Positions 1 through 25,460 are shown, counted from the first letter of the stretch. The stretch is 64,000 nucleotides of DNA from Salpingoeca rosetta (GCA_033442325.1 JAWQFM010000014.1:1263201-1327200); one strand, 5' to 3'. Program-made: numbers and translations. The notes: generated by a model not told the origin, from the sequence alone.

Positions 1-885
<885 letters not shown>

Positions 886-1924
886 AGCTGCCACTCCTGT
901 GGAGACGTACGGCGTGGCTCGTTCTTGAAGCCAAGCGGAGTCGGTCTTCTTGGTGGAAGGCCTTAAAGGCACGTAGCGGGGTGGGCGCGTTGTCTGTCGC
1001 GCTGTGGAGCCTTGTCTGATGGTCTTGCTTGAAGTCGTTGAGGTGGTAGCGCCAAAGGTGCGACACTTCGATTCTCAGGGAATGGAGGGCGGGGGATATC
1101 GTCGAGCTGTCGAGGTCGTGTGTGATTTGGAAGAGGCGGAGGAAGTGGGAGTCTGAAGGTCTGGAAGTCTTGAAGTGGAGCGATGGAAAATGATCACGGA
1201 AGACATGACATCGACATGTATCTGCTTGACTGCACTCAGCACATGCCGGTGGATATGTTTCATGGCAGCAAGCACATCTTTGCCGATCTGCACACAACAC
1301 AACCGCAGTAGCCCATCACCATGCGGCGACGCCATACCGTCAGCGTTCCGGCACACACAGTGGTTGTGGGGTTTGACTTGCGGGTGGTGTCAGGTTTTCA
1401 TGGAAACCTGATCTTGAAAATCCCTTGAACTTGAATGTACGTGCTGGGAGGGGCAGGGGGTGCGTGGTTGTGATTGTCAGGCATCCAACCACATCTTGGT
1501 GTTTGCACGTGTGTTGTGGCGTCATGGTTCCATCAGATTGCCAAGAACTTAAACTTGATTGGGTGCTTGGGTGCAAGACCACGTCACAGCACATGATCAG
1601 GTCGTCATGCTTGTCAGCTTTCTTCGAAAGTGCAAGCAAAGGTGCTGGCTTTCATCAGGTTACAACATCACATCACACTGTTGCGTGCAGTGGTCAGAGG
1701 TGGGAATCACACCGCACACCGCGACTGCTGAACACGGTAACGATGAACACACAGTTTGCGTTTGGTTTGGTTTGGTTGGGCTCGTCCGCGGTCGATATTC
1801 TGCAGATGATTTCTGCAAATCCTCCAAACTTGGTGTGTTGACATTTGTGCTGTCGTGGAACCGTGCTGCACGTGGTTCGGTCGGGTGTGCTTGTGTCTGC
1901 TTGTTGTTGTGTTCCTGCGGCGAC

Positions 1925-2640
1925 ATGCGAACGACGCTGGTGGTTGAAGCGGCGATGCTTGGGCTGACAGCCATGGTCAGCCCTTGCTTGCTGCCGCTGC
2001 ACGCGGCGGTGCTCCTGAGCAGCAGCCTGTACACCTGTAGCTGGTGCACCGATGGTAACAAGCAAGCCCATGCGTCTTCGTCCCAGGTGACATCGCCCTC
2101 CTCCACAGCGGGGAACGCCTCCCAGGCGCAGGTGCAGGCGCAGGAACAGCATGCGCAAGACGCAGCCAAGGAAGGGGCACTCTACGTGCCCGAGCTCAAG
2201 TTGCCGTCAACCGACAGCAAGCGCAGGGTGGTGCTGATCCTTGGCGACGGGAACTTCTCTTTCTCCCTGTCATTGGCGGATGCCCTTTGGGGACGCTGCA
2301 TCTCCAAGCCGGCAGCCGATGCTTTCTTCAGCACCAACACGTTCGACATCAGTGATGACCTCTACATCCTCGCGACATCCTTTGATCAGCGGGAGGAGCT
2401 GTTGGACAAGTACCCAGAGACAGCTGGCATCCTTGAGCGCCTCCAACGGTTCTCACACGTCCAGGTGTGTGGCTGCACACGTCTGATGCATGACGAGGGG
2501 CTGTTCCCGTCACTTGTGGCATTGTAGCCAACAGATCCAAGCACCTTGCTCACCAGAGTGTGAATGTATTTCAATATGTTTGTGTGTGTGTCTGTGTGCA
2601 TGTGTAAATTTGTGCATTCGTGTGTGTGTGTGCACTTGTG

Positions 2641-2688
<48 letters not shown>

Positions 2689-4058
2689 CATTTGTGCATG
2701 TGTACATGTGTGAACGTATTTGTGTGAGTGCAGCGCCTGAACCGTAGCCGTTTCATGCGTTCATAGTCACGCGTGCCACACCACTGTAGCACTGTCTCAC
2801 GTCTGGGTCCCTTGAAACAGGTACTGCACGGCATTAACGCGTGGCAGATTCAGGATCAACTTCCCGGCGTGCAGTTTGATGCGATTGTGTGGAATCACCC
2901 CCATCTTGGCGTGGAGGACTTCCGGCTGCACAAGTTCCTCATGGCCCACTTCTTTCACAGCGCAGAGCAGTGCCTAGCACCCAACGGCTTTGTCAGCGTG
3001 TCCCTGGTCCAAGGGCAGGCTGAGCGCTGGGACATTACACCACAGGCTCTGAAGAGCGGCCTGCATGTCAGCAAGCACGTGCGTGGTGAAGTATTTCAAG
3101 GAACATGGTTGATCAGCGCTTGATTGGCCGGCAACACCATGTCGTTTCGTCATGCACTTGTACCCACGGACATATATGCACACATTCACATACACACCTG
3201 CGCTCATGCAAACTCTCTCTCGCAATCACTCACTCATTCACTCACACACACATACACGCACGCGCGCACACGCACACACTCACTCACTCACAATCACTCA
3301 CAATCACTCACAATCACTCACAATCACTCACACACACTCACAATCACACACACACGCACACACGCACACACTCACTCACTCACACTTTCAATCACCCCCC
3401 CCCCACCACCACCACCACCACACACGTGCACACCACAGGCTGCGTTTGATCCGTGTGCGTGGTACGGGTACCAGACGAAGCGAAACCGGACGGGCCAGTC
3501 ATTCCAGAACCAGCACACGCAGCGCCACACCAAGAGCAGCATGTCCTCGCAACTCCTGCAGTACCGTCGTCGCACTTCAACAACCGCCACGGCAGCCGAG
3601 GGTGCTCAACACCAACAGCATCAACAGCAGCAACAACAATCCAGCACTGCAAGCGCACCGCGCACACCTCAATCAGATTCGGCCACGGTTGCACCGGCAC
3701 CGGCATATGAGGACAAGAAGAGCGTGCCAAAGCCGCCACCAGCGCCCGCAGCGCACGTGTGCCAGGAGTGCGGCAAAGGGTTTGCGCTCCGTCGCGGTCT
3801 CAAGACACACACGCGGCAGGTGCACGAGCTGAAGAAGTACGGCCAGTGGACACCGAACATGTAAGCAGTCATCATGGGTGGTGGGCTGCGACATGTGTGT
3901 GTGTGCATGTGTGTGTGTGTGCGTGTATGCGTGCGTGCGTATGTGCGTGTGTGCGTGTGTGCGCGCGTGTGTTTGTATGCTGTCATATTTGCGCGTGCGT
4001 GCGTGGACGTTGGCGTGTTTGCTGCGCGCATGTGTATGGTAACGTGTGTGTATATGGA

Positions 4059-4150
<92 letters not shown>

Positions 4151-4404
4151 AAACCCACAACCAGTTTTTCTTTCTTCTCACGACCACGTGCAACCCACAT
4201 CCCCCACATGCCAGGAAGAAGCAGCTGACGTGCGACGAGTGCGGCAAGCGGTTCCACGATGACGAGGCCTTGTGGCAGCATCGCGTGTCCAAGCACAGCG
4301 CAGCGCCGGCACCGGATCCGCAGCGCCCGCTCTCAACAGCGGACGAGCTCACCGCCCCCGACGTGCACTACATCCCCTGCCCGGTCAGTCGGGTTTGCAG
4401 GGTG

Positions 4405-4493
<89 letters not shown>

Positions 4494-4792
4494 CGTGTGC
4501 ATCCATGTGCATGTGCGTGTGCATGTGTGTGTGTGTGTGTGTGCGTATGCGAGCACTGGCGTCCCTTTTCTCACCCTTCCCTGCTCACCTGTTGTTGTCC
4601 ACTCTTCTCCATCATTGCCATCATCATCATCAGGTGTGTGGACAAGCCATTCCGGACTACTGGCACATCGAGCAGCACCTTGAAATGCTCAAACCGCTCG
4701 TCGGAATTAAGGTCCGCCGCTGCACACACACACACACACACACACTGAAAATGTCACTCAGCGCTGATCCCATCGTTTCCTCCTCCTCCCCA

Positions 4793-4866
<74 letters not shown>

Positions 4867-5034
4867 TACTACACCATTGCCAGGCCGTATGCAAGCTGTG
4901 CAGCAAAGTGTTCACAGAGCACCGGGCGCTTGGGCAGCATCTCAACTTTTGCCGTGTGGAAATCCCACCCGAGCTGATGGTACGACGAAGGCGCAGGCAA
5001 CGGCAGCCGCAACACAGACAAGACAGCACCCACT

Positions 5035-5036
<2 letters not shown>
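1925..5036 (+). CDS. DUF2431 / Bmt5-like rRNA (uridine-N3) methyltransferase domain plus four C-terminal C2H2-type zinc fingers
   Basis: Exons 1925-2464, 2821-3078, 3439-3860, 4215-4383, 4634-4711 and 4884-5036 join in frame at GT-AG. Motifs: [31 protein letters not shown]. Fingers: [36 protein letters not shown]. Start codon uncertain. Confidence 0.85.
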
Positions 5037-5082
<46 letters not shown>

Positions 5083-5354
5083 GCGTCTTTGGGAGGTTGA
5101 CATGATGAGATACGGGTTACAGTGTGTTGGTGCGAAAGCGTGGCGAGGGTGTCGAGGGCTGGTAAACAATTCGATGCTGATTGAAGTGAGCGTTATTGTA
5201 CTTTGTGAATGGAACAATGAACATGTAACACAAGATCACACTCTTTGAAACACGCAACATTCCAAGGCAGCATACACAAGGCAGCCAAACAACAAACCGA
5301 ACCAAACAAGTCAAATCAACTCAAAAACACACAATGGTGGCACGTGCAATGGTA

Positions 5355-13002
<7,648 letters not shown>

Positions 13003-13230
13003 CGTCCTGATCCTTTGGGGAGGGGTGAAGTCCTGAATATTTGCGGTGTCACCATCAATATTCCAGCCAAAGACGACACAGTCACACACACGCTTTGCTC
13101 TTGCACGTCCTTTCACCGCACGACGTCTCACAAGCAAGACAGCGCCACTCACGACACAAACAACAGACAGCAACAACAACAGCAACAAGAGCAAGCACCT
13201 GAACGACAACAGACGGCAGCAGCATCGGAG

Positions 13231-14658
13231 ATGTCGTCTCGAAAGGGCGCGCGAACGGTCGTCGAAGAAGAGGATGATGATGGCCAGGAAGAGGATGAGG
13301 TTGAGGAAGAATGGCTGGAAGAGGACGAGATTGAGACGGAGGGTGCGAGGCGATTCCATGGCCAGGGCCGGACACCTGCTGGCGTCAGCGATAGTGGAGA
13401 CACCTCGCTCGACTTTCGCTTCCTCGCAGGCCCACTCTCCACCACCTTCTCCGTTGGCACCCTCACGGGAGCGTGAGTACATTTCCATTTTGTGCACGAT
13501 TGCTTTTGTGTGTTTGTGTGTGCGGTGCATGTGTGTGTGTGTTTGTGTGTGTGTGTGTTTGTGTGTGTGCGTGTGTGTCTGTCTATCTGTCTGTCTGACT
13601 GACTGACTGTCCGCCTGTCTGTCTCTCTGTCTCTCTGTCTCTCTGTCTCTCCCTCTCTGTCTGTCTCTCTGTCTCTGTGCTCGTGAACATGTACGCACAC
13701 ACACGCATGTGCACGACGTGTGTTTCATTTCAAAGCACAGATCATATTCCCCATATTTCACCGCGTGTGTTTCGCTTCTTAATCTCCCCATCTTCCATGT
13801 GCATAGGTGTGCTGCATCTGCCGTGAAGAAAGTGGGGCGCATGTCTGCAGGCTTCATTGGCGCAGGCTTTCTCGCTCTGCAGCTCCTCGCATACAAGGTG
13901 TGCGTGTGTGTGTTTGGTTTGTTTGCTTTCCGTTTTCATTGATGGGCCCAGCTTGGGCGTGCGTGAGAGCCTGCTGACTGTTGCTGCATGCACATGCTGC
14001 TGTTGTTCACACACGGATGTATGCACTGATGCTGCACTGGTAGGGGTACGTAACTGTGCACTGGGACAAAATTGAGCACGATGTCACATCCATCCTCGAC
14101 CGCGATGGCGACGGCAAAGTGTCGCAAGCCGATCTCCAATACTGGCAGCACCAGGTGACCCTAGCAGCTCAGCTTCGCCCTGCTCGTATCCACTTTGCTT
14201 GCGTCTGTTCGAGCTGTGATTTGTGCGTCGCCCTTGCCTCATCTGTCCATGTACCTGTCGTACACGTGCTCGTGTGCTCGTGTGCTCGTGTGCTCATGTG
14301 TTCGTGTGCTCGTGTGCTCGTGTGCGTGTGTGCGTTTATTACCTCTTGATTTGATGTGCTAGCTGGCGAAGATGGCGACGTTCCAGCTGCCGGCGTCCAT
14401 GGCCGGCTTTGGTGTCGGATTCGGCCTCGGCCTCAAGTGCGTCGTGTTGTGTTGTGTTGTGTTGTGTTGTGTTGTGTCGCTGTGCTGTGGTGTGTCATCA
14501 TGCCGTGTGCGCACGTTGTTCACGCTGTGCCTTCAATATGCGTTTCCTGTCGGCACGTCCCGCACACACACGCACACACATCTCGCATATCATGTGTTGC
14601 TCATTATCGCTCGTTCACACACGTTTCCAACCCTTCTCCCTTCTCCAGGTACCTGTGA
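13231..14658 (+). CDS. FUN14-family (FUNDC-like) mitochondrial outer membrane protein
   Basis: Spliced: acidic N-terminus, FSVGTLTGA|CAASAVKKVGRMSAGFIGAGFLALQLLAYK|GYVTVHWDKIE...DRDGDGKVSQAD...|...MAGFGVGFGLGLK|YL*. Confidence 0.85.
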
Positions 14659-14951
14659 GCAACAGACTGCAGCGTGACTCGCAGCATTGTGCTGGCTGTA
14701 CACCGTCTCGTCTTCGACCTTCACACACGTTACCGGCTCAACCAATCCAATCTTGCTTCTTCACTCAACGGAATTCACTTGTATGCATGACTGCATGGCT
14801 TACATTGTGCTGATTTCTACCCATGTCGTTGTTCGTGTTGTTGTTCTAATGGATGGTCCAACTTATCAAGCATAAAGCACAACAATGTTCCAAAACACAC
14901 GCGTCAAGCACAACATACACAAAGACACAAACACAAAACAGCAAGCGAGCG

Positions 14952-14996
<45 letters not shown>

Positions 14997-16960
14997 CTAG
15001 CGCGTGCTCCGAGCGTTGTTGTTGTTGTTGGTGCGGTGGTTGCGTTTGGCGCCATTGCCCTGCCCGCCCTTGTTGCTGTACGCGTTGAGAGCGCTCTGCA
15101 AAAAGTTGAGGCAGGGGGATAGAGGAGAAGGTGTTGACAGTCACACAAATGGTGAACGGAAGCAGGGATAAATGAACACCAACGCGATACTGCACACACA
15201 CACACACATACACACACACACACGCACACGCACACGCACACGCACACGCACACGCACACACAGAGGCACCAAACCAACCTGGAATGCCTTGTCTGTCGGT
15301 GTCTTGAGGACCTCGCGAATGGCCATGGTTGCGTAGCAGGACACGTCGAGTGTGAAGCCGAGAATCAGCGCACGGTACTGTCCTGTGGGCACATTCGGGT
15401 CAGGCAGCGTCTTGCCCTCAGCAGCAGCCTGCGACAGCCGGGATGTGATTGCACGTGAGCGCATGTGCATGCAGGCAAGGGTTGCATGTGTGCGTGTGCG
15501 TGTGCGTGCGTTGAGTATGCATGCGTGTTGCTGCACCAACATCCTGCTCAATCACCCTCCCCAACCATGACTTGTCGAGCAGCAACGATGATGCGTGTGT
15601 TCACCTGCAAGCGGTCGATGGGCGACTGCAGCAGCGGCACCGTCACGTCATCGTAACGCATCGTCCGCCTGAGCAGCAACGAAGACACCAGCAGCAGCAA
15701 CAACAGCAGCACCAGCACCAGCAGCAATAATAGCAGAAACAGTAGCAACAGTAACAGCGAAAAAGCAGTAACAAGCGGCAATACACAATGAGAAGAACAC
15801 AAGTCACACATGGTGTTGTGGAGGGTGTGCAAGTTGGGGTGGGCGGGCATGAGGTGCCAGCAAGCGAGCGCATGCAAGCAAGTGAGCGCAAGCAAGTAAG
15901 CGAGACCAGGCTGCATGCAGGGTTGATCTGACCATGTGACGTTGCCTGGCAGCGTGATCATGTAACGCAAGTCCCCATTCAGCACACACTCCCTGCAGGC
16001 AACACGACATGACGTGAGCAGAGGTGGCATGGGCAAGGGGAGTCGGCGGTGACACAGGACAGAGAAGGCCGTGTATGCCTGCAAGCAACCATCATCCTCC
16101 ACCACTGCCACCGCCAGCACCACCACATGGCCACGTTGGGTGGCGGGGCGCGTACAGGATGTAGTGCGGCAGGTTGTCAATGTCAAGCCCGTCCTCCGCC
16201 AGAACAGACGCGTACATGTCCCGAACTGGCGCGATGATGGCAGAGGTGGTGGCAATGGTGATGGTGATGGTGATGGTGATGATGATGGTGGTGGTGGTGG
16301 TGGTGGTGATGGTGATGGCAGAGGTGGTGGCAATGGTGGTGGTGATGGTGGTGGCAATGGTGATGGTGATGGTGGTGGTGGTGGTGATGGTGATGGTGAT
16401 GTTGTGACAGTGGTGGTGGCAATAGTGGTGACGATGTTGTGACATTGGTGGTGAACGAAGCGATGTGACAGAAACGTCAGTAGCAGTCTCCAAGTCCATG
16501 GTACGCATGGTACGCGGCGCCATGTTCCAACACGACCAGCGCGACCACCACCGCCGGCTGCCTCACCTTCGTTGTTGGGATATGGCACGTCCTGGCCCGG
16601 GATGGGCATGAGCACATCGTGGATCGTGTACTTGTGCAGCGTCTCCGCCGTCACCGTCACGGCATGCTGTTGGTGGTGGTGATGGTGATGGTGATGGTGA
16701 TGGTTATGATGGTGTGTGTGTGTGTGCAAATGTGTGTGTGGTGGTGAGTGAAAGGAGGCAGCACAATCGTGAGCTCTGGCTTTTAAACCCTAACACACCC
16801 CCACACTTCCACGTCCGGATGCGACTCGTGTCACACTACATCTGCTTGCTGTCACACCTTCTTGCGCTGGTCGGCTGCGCGGATGTTGAACTTCACGTCT
16901 GCACCAGCCAATCGTGACAGCGCAGGGGTGAACAGACACACATACACACACACACACACA

Positions 16961-17030
<70 letters not shown>

Positions 17031-17446
17031 TGAGTTGCAAGGAAAAGGGAAGAGGAGGGGAGAGGAGTCGTTGAGAGGAGGAGAAGTAACAATCCCACGA
17101 TAGCACACATGACACACCACAACACCCGCGCACAGCCCAGTTCACACACAATCACGCACCCTTGTTGTAGACGAGGTCGCCCACGAGGACTTTGCGGCCG
17201 AATGTGCGGAGGCGCAGCGACACAACGCGGTTCCACACCATGCTCTGGTACGCGTGCATGTACAGCGTGCGGTGCAGTCGTGGCAGCGTTTGCAGCGCAG
17301 TCGCAAACCCGCTGGCAGGGGAAGGGGGATGGGAGCGGGATGGGTTGGCGGGTGGAGGTGGGTCGATGCAGTGGGGTGACGTGAGGTGACGTGAGGGGAT
17401 TGGCTTGTTGGAAGAGGTGACGGTGACCGAACCATGAGCACACACA

Positions 17447-17535
<89 letters not shown>

Positions 17536-18304
17536 GGTAACGCACCACGCCACAACATCTGCATCACAGCACAACATGCGTGACTGACTTTGGCTGCTTC
17601 TCGAGGGTCTGCAGGATGGTGCGCTCAACATCGCACTTCCTCGGCATCATGACGAGGGCGCGGTGGGCGTCACCGGTGCGGTGATAGTGCTCGCACGCGC
17701 GGTCAGACCCGTCGTGCAGACGCGCGTTCGGCTGGCGTGCAGCGGTGGTGGGCGGTGGTGGGCGGTGGTGGGACAGTGGGGTGTATGCGGTGGGGAGGAC
17801 GAGAAAACTAGGAGGTGAGCACGAATGTTTAGCGATGCGAACGAACACACACATACACACACACACACACACAGACACACAGACACACACAGACACACGC
17901 ACGCACAGACACACACACAGACACACACACACACACACACACACACACATTCATTTACACCCCGCCCCCGGCTCTCTCCCCCTCTCCCCCGCGTGCGCAC
18001 CGGGAGGAGGAGGTGGATGGCCTGCTTGAAGTTTCGCTTGAGCATGGCAAGGCCGACGGCGTGTGTTGGCACCGCGCACACCCCGAACCGCTGCATGCCA
18101 AAGTAGTTGATGAACCCGTTCGTGCCGAGCGACGTCAGCGCCTGGCGGGACGAGGGATGGGATGGGAGGATGGGATGTAGTGATTGGTGAGTGGGATGAG
18201 TTGGGTGAGTGTGGGATGAGTTGGATGAGTTGCAATACCGAGGCAGGTGTCAACGAGGTGAGAGCAGAAGCTATTGCGACTGATCCCTGATGTCAAACAA
18301 ACTG

Positions 18305-18356
<52 letters not shown>

Positions 18357-18627
18357 CACACACATGCACACACATGCACACACACACACACCTAACCTGT
18401 GTGATCTGCTCGTCTGTGCCGGTGCAGTTTCGGAGGACAATCTCAAAGCGGTTTCCCTGGTGGTCGCCCAGTCGCAGATACGCGTTCTCGTACTTGAAGT
18501 CCCCAAGCGTCATGCCTGCACATAATCCAGGGTGTTGGCAGAGGTGAGTGGTTGAGATGTCACTGCACAGCTGAAAATGCCAGCAAACACACACACACAC
18601 ACGCATACACACGCACGCACGCACACG

Positions 18628-18665
<38 letters not shown>

Positions 18666-20503
18666 CACGCACGCACGCACACACACACACACACATACGC
18701 GCGCGCTCACGTAGACAGACAAACAAACACACAACCGAACAAACAAACGCCTGGTGTGAGCGTGACCTCGGAGACAACGGTTGAGACAGGCGAGCCGCGG
18801 AGCGCGCACACGACGAATGCACATGCGCTGGGTGGTGATGGCGCGCTTGTCCTTTGTGCCCGCGTAGCTGTCGTCCACAAACACGTGCATGCAGGCAACG
18901 AGCAACATGTACACAGGGGGGCGGGAACGTGAACGCTTTGAATATTTCAGAGGACACGCGTATGTACAAACACCATACACGCACACATGTAAACATGCAG
19001 ATGCGAGCCACATTAAGACACACACACACAGACCACACATACATACACACAGACACAACCACACACACACAGACACAACCACACACACAGACATACACAC
19101 AACACAACAACACAACAATACCACACCACACAGGAAAACGCCCACTCCTCCCAAGTCCACGCGCACAAGTCCCCGCCCACTGCCAACCTGAGCTCCTTCG
19201 GTTTGCAGCGCAGCTTGCGAGAAATGAGGCGCACGCACGCGTTGGTGTCCATGTTCTCCTTGCACAGCGTAAAGTGGCAGTACTGGCCCTGCGAGTGGCG
19301 GTCATCGTCGCGCCGCCCACCATGTCGAAACCCGGGTGCAACACGCTCCTTGGACACGCTGCTGCCCTCACGTGTCACCTCAAGTCGATACCCGCGTGCC
19401 TCATCCCCGCCAGCACTGCTGCTGCTGCTGGTGGTGGTGGTGGCGGTGGCGGTGGCGGCGCTGTTGCCCTTTGACGCCGTGTCGGCCGTTGCCTCGGCCA
19501 CGGCTGCCGGCATGAGCGGGTCGTCCATATCCGGGGTGAGCGTGCGGGAGTAGAGGTGCGGGAACACCTCCTTGATGAGGGTGTGCAGCCGTGTGCGCTC
19601 GTCACGGTCATCGCTGCAGGAGACGATCACCCGCTCCTTGCGCGGGTGGTAGCACATCTGCACCAGCGCCTCCACCTCCTCCAACGTGAGAAGACCCTCC
19701 AGCTTGTCGATGGCGTCCTTGTTGAAGCTCAGTTTCCCGCGGTTTGTCGGCAGCTCGCCCTCTGGCGGCACCGTCGTCGTCAGCTGTGCTAGCTCGCCGT
19801 TGGGCATCACCTCCGTCACGTGGAAGTCGGAGTAGCGCTGCTTGATGACGCCGCTGAAGCCCTTGTGGGTGCTGATAAACTCCGTGATGAACACCTGGCA
19901 GCAGCATCGGCAGGCGAGGCGAAGTGAGGTGTGAGGTGTGACGGTTGTGTTGCACAGTGCAGAGGTGAGGGAGTAGCTCTTTCCGTGACTGTGTTGACTG
20001 CGTGCTCTGTAACACACACACACACACACACACACTGCAGGGTTCACGCACGTCTTCATCTGTCAGTGGCTTCAGCTGCACGTAGGGTGCGTTGGCTGCC
20101 GGCCAGAAGTCGGTAGATACGGCCATGGTGTCATCGTCATCATCGGTAGTCCGTGCCACCTTGGCGCGCTTCATGGCAGGCTCTCCGCTGTCGATCTAAA
20201 GTGGTGGTGGCGGTGTCAATGAATCAAGGTGTAAGCACAAAGGCAAGCCAAGAAAGAACTTGTGAGCAAAGCTGGGCGATCTCTCGTCGCTTCGTACCAT
20301 CACCAACAGCAGCGATCGCGCCCGATGGCACAGAGGCACACTCACACACATCCATTCATGCATGATGTCCTTTGTTCGTGTGCACTGCACACTAATCCTC
20401 CACGTACATCATCGTCGTGGCGATGCTGCTGATCTTGCAACAGGGCATCCCGGACGTTGGCTGGAAGCACAGCTGACACAGCACTGGAGAACCAGTTCCC
20501 CAT
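14997..20503 (-). CDS. PUS7: Pseudouridine synthase of the TruD/PUS7 family (multi-exon)
   Basis: Motifs [28 protein letters not shown], catalytic [58 protein letters not shown]. Upstream exon 20408-20503 (MGNWFS...) splices in frame to 20195. Stop at 14997. Confidence 0.95.
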
Positions 20504-20754
20504 GATGAGGATCACAACTCGTTGTTTGCTGTGGTGGTGTTGTTGTTGGTGTGTCGCGTGTGTTGTGGATGGTCGTGGGTGGTGCAGCGTGGGTTGTGAA
20601 GATTGGTGGACGATTCCCGACAAGTTTCGCCGGCGCAGTTACGGCTGCCACTGCGATTGCGTTCTTGTTGGTGGTGAGTTGTGGTGGTTGATTGTGGCAG
20701 CTGCTCATTCTCAACTCGACGAGGCAATAGCGACGAGTGCAGCAGCGACACGAG
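20504..20754. promoter_or_regulatory. Probable bidirectional promoter between PUS7 and ASCC1
   Basis: Divergent start codons about 250 bp apart. Confidence 0.55.
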
Positions 20755-22845
<2,091 letters not shown>

Positions 22846-22886
22846 GAGAGTGTCCGTGTCATGTGTGTCCGTGTGTGTGTGTCTGT

Positions 22887-22918
<32 letters not shown>

Positions 22919-23045
22919 CTGTGTCTGTGTCTGTGTCTGTCATATGTACACAACAAAACAAGGAAGCGACCGTCATGTCGCATGCCATGTCTGCCACGCA
23001 TAAACCATAACTGAATTCAGTCGCAACAAGAGAAGAAGGACAACA

Positions 23046-23594
23046 ATGCGTGCTGTTGTGCAGCGAGTTGTGCGAGCCAGTGTGGCTGGTGAGTGCGTTT
23101 GTGCTTCAGCCGCATACTTGCGTGTGTTCTTCTTGTGTGCGTGTGTAGTTGATTGCGCGTGCTGTCAATCGCACTGCAAGCACTGATACGCCAACCCTTT
23201 GCGCTACGTTGTTGCCCCTTGAGTGCTGTAGTTGGGGATGAAGTGGTGAGCCAGATTGACCGGGGTTTGTGTGTCCTGGTGGGCATCACCCACGACGACA
23301 CGCCCGCGGACATCGACTACATCGCCAAGAAGATCCTCACGCTGCGCCTGTTCGAGGACGAGAACGGCAAGATGTGGAAGAAGAGTGCCCAGGACCTGGA
23401 CTTGGATGTGCTCTGCGTGAGCCAGTTTACCCTCTACGCCAAGTGCAAGAAGGCCAAGCCCGACTTTCACATGGCCATGCCCGGCAGTGCCTCCAAGGAG
23501 TTTTACGAGTCGTTCCTCCACAAGATCCGCTCAGACTACCGCGAGGACAAAGTCAAGGGTCAGTTTGTATGTGTTTGTGGGGGGAGGGGACTGT

Positions 23595-23679
<85 letters not shown>

Positions 23680-23719
23680 GTGTTGTGTGTCGTGTCTACC
23701 TGTGTGTGTGTGTGTTGTG

Positions 23720-23754
<35 letters not shown>

Positions 23755-24269
23755 TCTTCGCGGAACTGTGCCACCCTCCAAGTTTGCGAGTGGACTCACC
23801 AGTTCTACGTCCTGCTTGCATGTGCTGCTGTGGATGTTGTGGTATCCACAGATGGCGAGTTTGGCGCGTACATGAAGGTGGACATTGTCAACGATGGGCC
23901 AGTCACCATCATGCTCGACTCAAACCAGCGCGAACCAGGTGTGGCAGATCAGCGCGCGTGTGCAGGTCTCTATGTGCTGTATGTGTGCGTGTATGCGTCT
24001 GTATGCGTCTGCATGTGCCTGTATGCGTCTGCAAGTGGCTGAATGCGTCTGTGTGTGTCTGTACGTATGTTTGTATGCGTGTTTGTCTGTACATGTGTGT
24101 GCACCTCTGTGGTCTGCATTTTTCTCTGTTTGCCGCTTACACGCCACCCTTCTTTACCATGCTCTTCCCGCTCGTCTGTTTGCGCTTGTCCCCTCCCTCT
24201 CAAGTTGGCAAGCCAGCACCAAAGGAGGATGCCGACGCAGAGGCAAGCTCCTCCAGCAAGACGAAATGA
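23046..24269 (+). CDS. DTD1: D-aminoacyl-tRNA deacylase
   Basis: Four exons: MRAVVQRVVRASVA|VGDEVVSQIDRGLCVLVGI...SQFTL...KPDFHMAM|DGEFGAYMKVDIVNDGPVT (Gly-cisPro motif)|VGKP...TK*. Confidence 0.95.
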
Positions 24270-24832
24270 AGCAACCATAGGCGAGCGCATGCACAACCAC
24301 GTACACACGACCACACAATCACACACACACACACAATCACACCACACATGCACCATCACACTCACACACACGCACCATCACACACACACACGCACCATCA
24401 CACACACACACACGCACCATCACACACACGCACCATCACACACACACACCACGCATGCACCGATGCCTCGCAGGCTTGTTCATCCATTGTCTCTGTTTTG
24501 TGGTCTCTTTCCACTGTTGTGGGGCAACGTGTCATGCATAACGAAACCAGAGAGAAAGCACGCAGCAAACAGATGAACGAAAGCCAGAGCGATAACACAC
24601 GCAAGAATCAACAAGCAAGAGAGGGAAATGGGAGGATGCAAGCACGCAATGCAAGCGTGCAAGTATAAGTGCCAGTGCAAACCCATGAAACCAAAGACAG
24701 AACACAAGGAAAGGACAACAAAGAAAACAAGGCATGGTGTGAGTGCCGCAAGAGATGCGGGATCGAGACACGGGCACATGTGCTGGCGCGCAAACACGGA
24801 TGCAACAGCGCCATGATCGCCGCCAGCGAGTG

Positions 24833-25016
24833 TTAGGCGGCCATGCACGGGAACTCTGCCCAGTGCGCGTACTGCTGGGCGTATTTGCTGAGGCACGGGC
24901 AGCAGGCACGCATGGTGAAGGGGCTGGGAGCGTTGTACAGCCCGTTCATCAGACACATCAGCCGGAATGCCTCGTTCTCTTCACCTGTGTGAGACAATGA
25001 GATTGAGTGTGTGTGT

Positions 25017-25090
<74 letters not shown>

Positions 25091-25426
25091 CGGTGTGCGT
25101 GTGTGTGTGTGTGTGTGTGACGGTGTACACTGTCATACTCATTTGTGTGTTCAAGTAAGTGCATGCCAATCACCCTCTTCTGCTATCACTTCGGCCCCCC
25201 CTCCCCCTCATCACAGCACGCCATGCTCACCGTAGCGCTTGGCGCACTGGTCAATGGTGGTAGTGATCTGGGAGCTGCACCCGGCCCAGCGCTGATAGCC
25301 GCACTCGTCTGCATCAGGATATCGGCCTGTAGGGAGGAAGGGAATGAGGAAGGGAACGAGGAAGATTGTGAGTGGAACGGGTGAATTGGGAAAGGTAGAG
25401 GTTGCCCCTCCACATCATCAAGGCAT

Positions 25427-25460
<34 letters not shown>

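Noticed and set aside
14095-14135. EF-hand-like DRDGDGKVSQAD in FUN14
   Set aside because: Single loop; I recall similar inserts in other non-animal FUN14 proteins, so probably not novel
16210-16440. Pro/His/Thr-rich ORFs from a GGT/GAT repeat
   Set aside because: Lies inside a PUS7 intron; degenerate trinucleotide repeat
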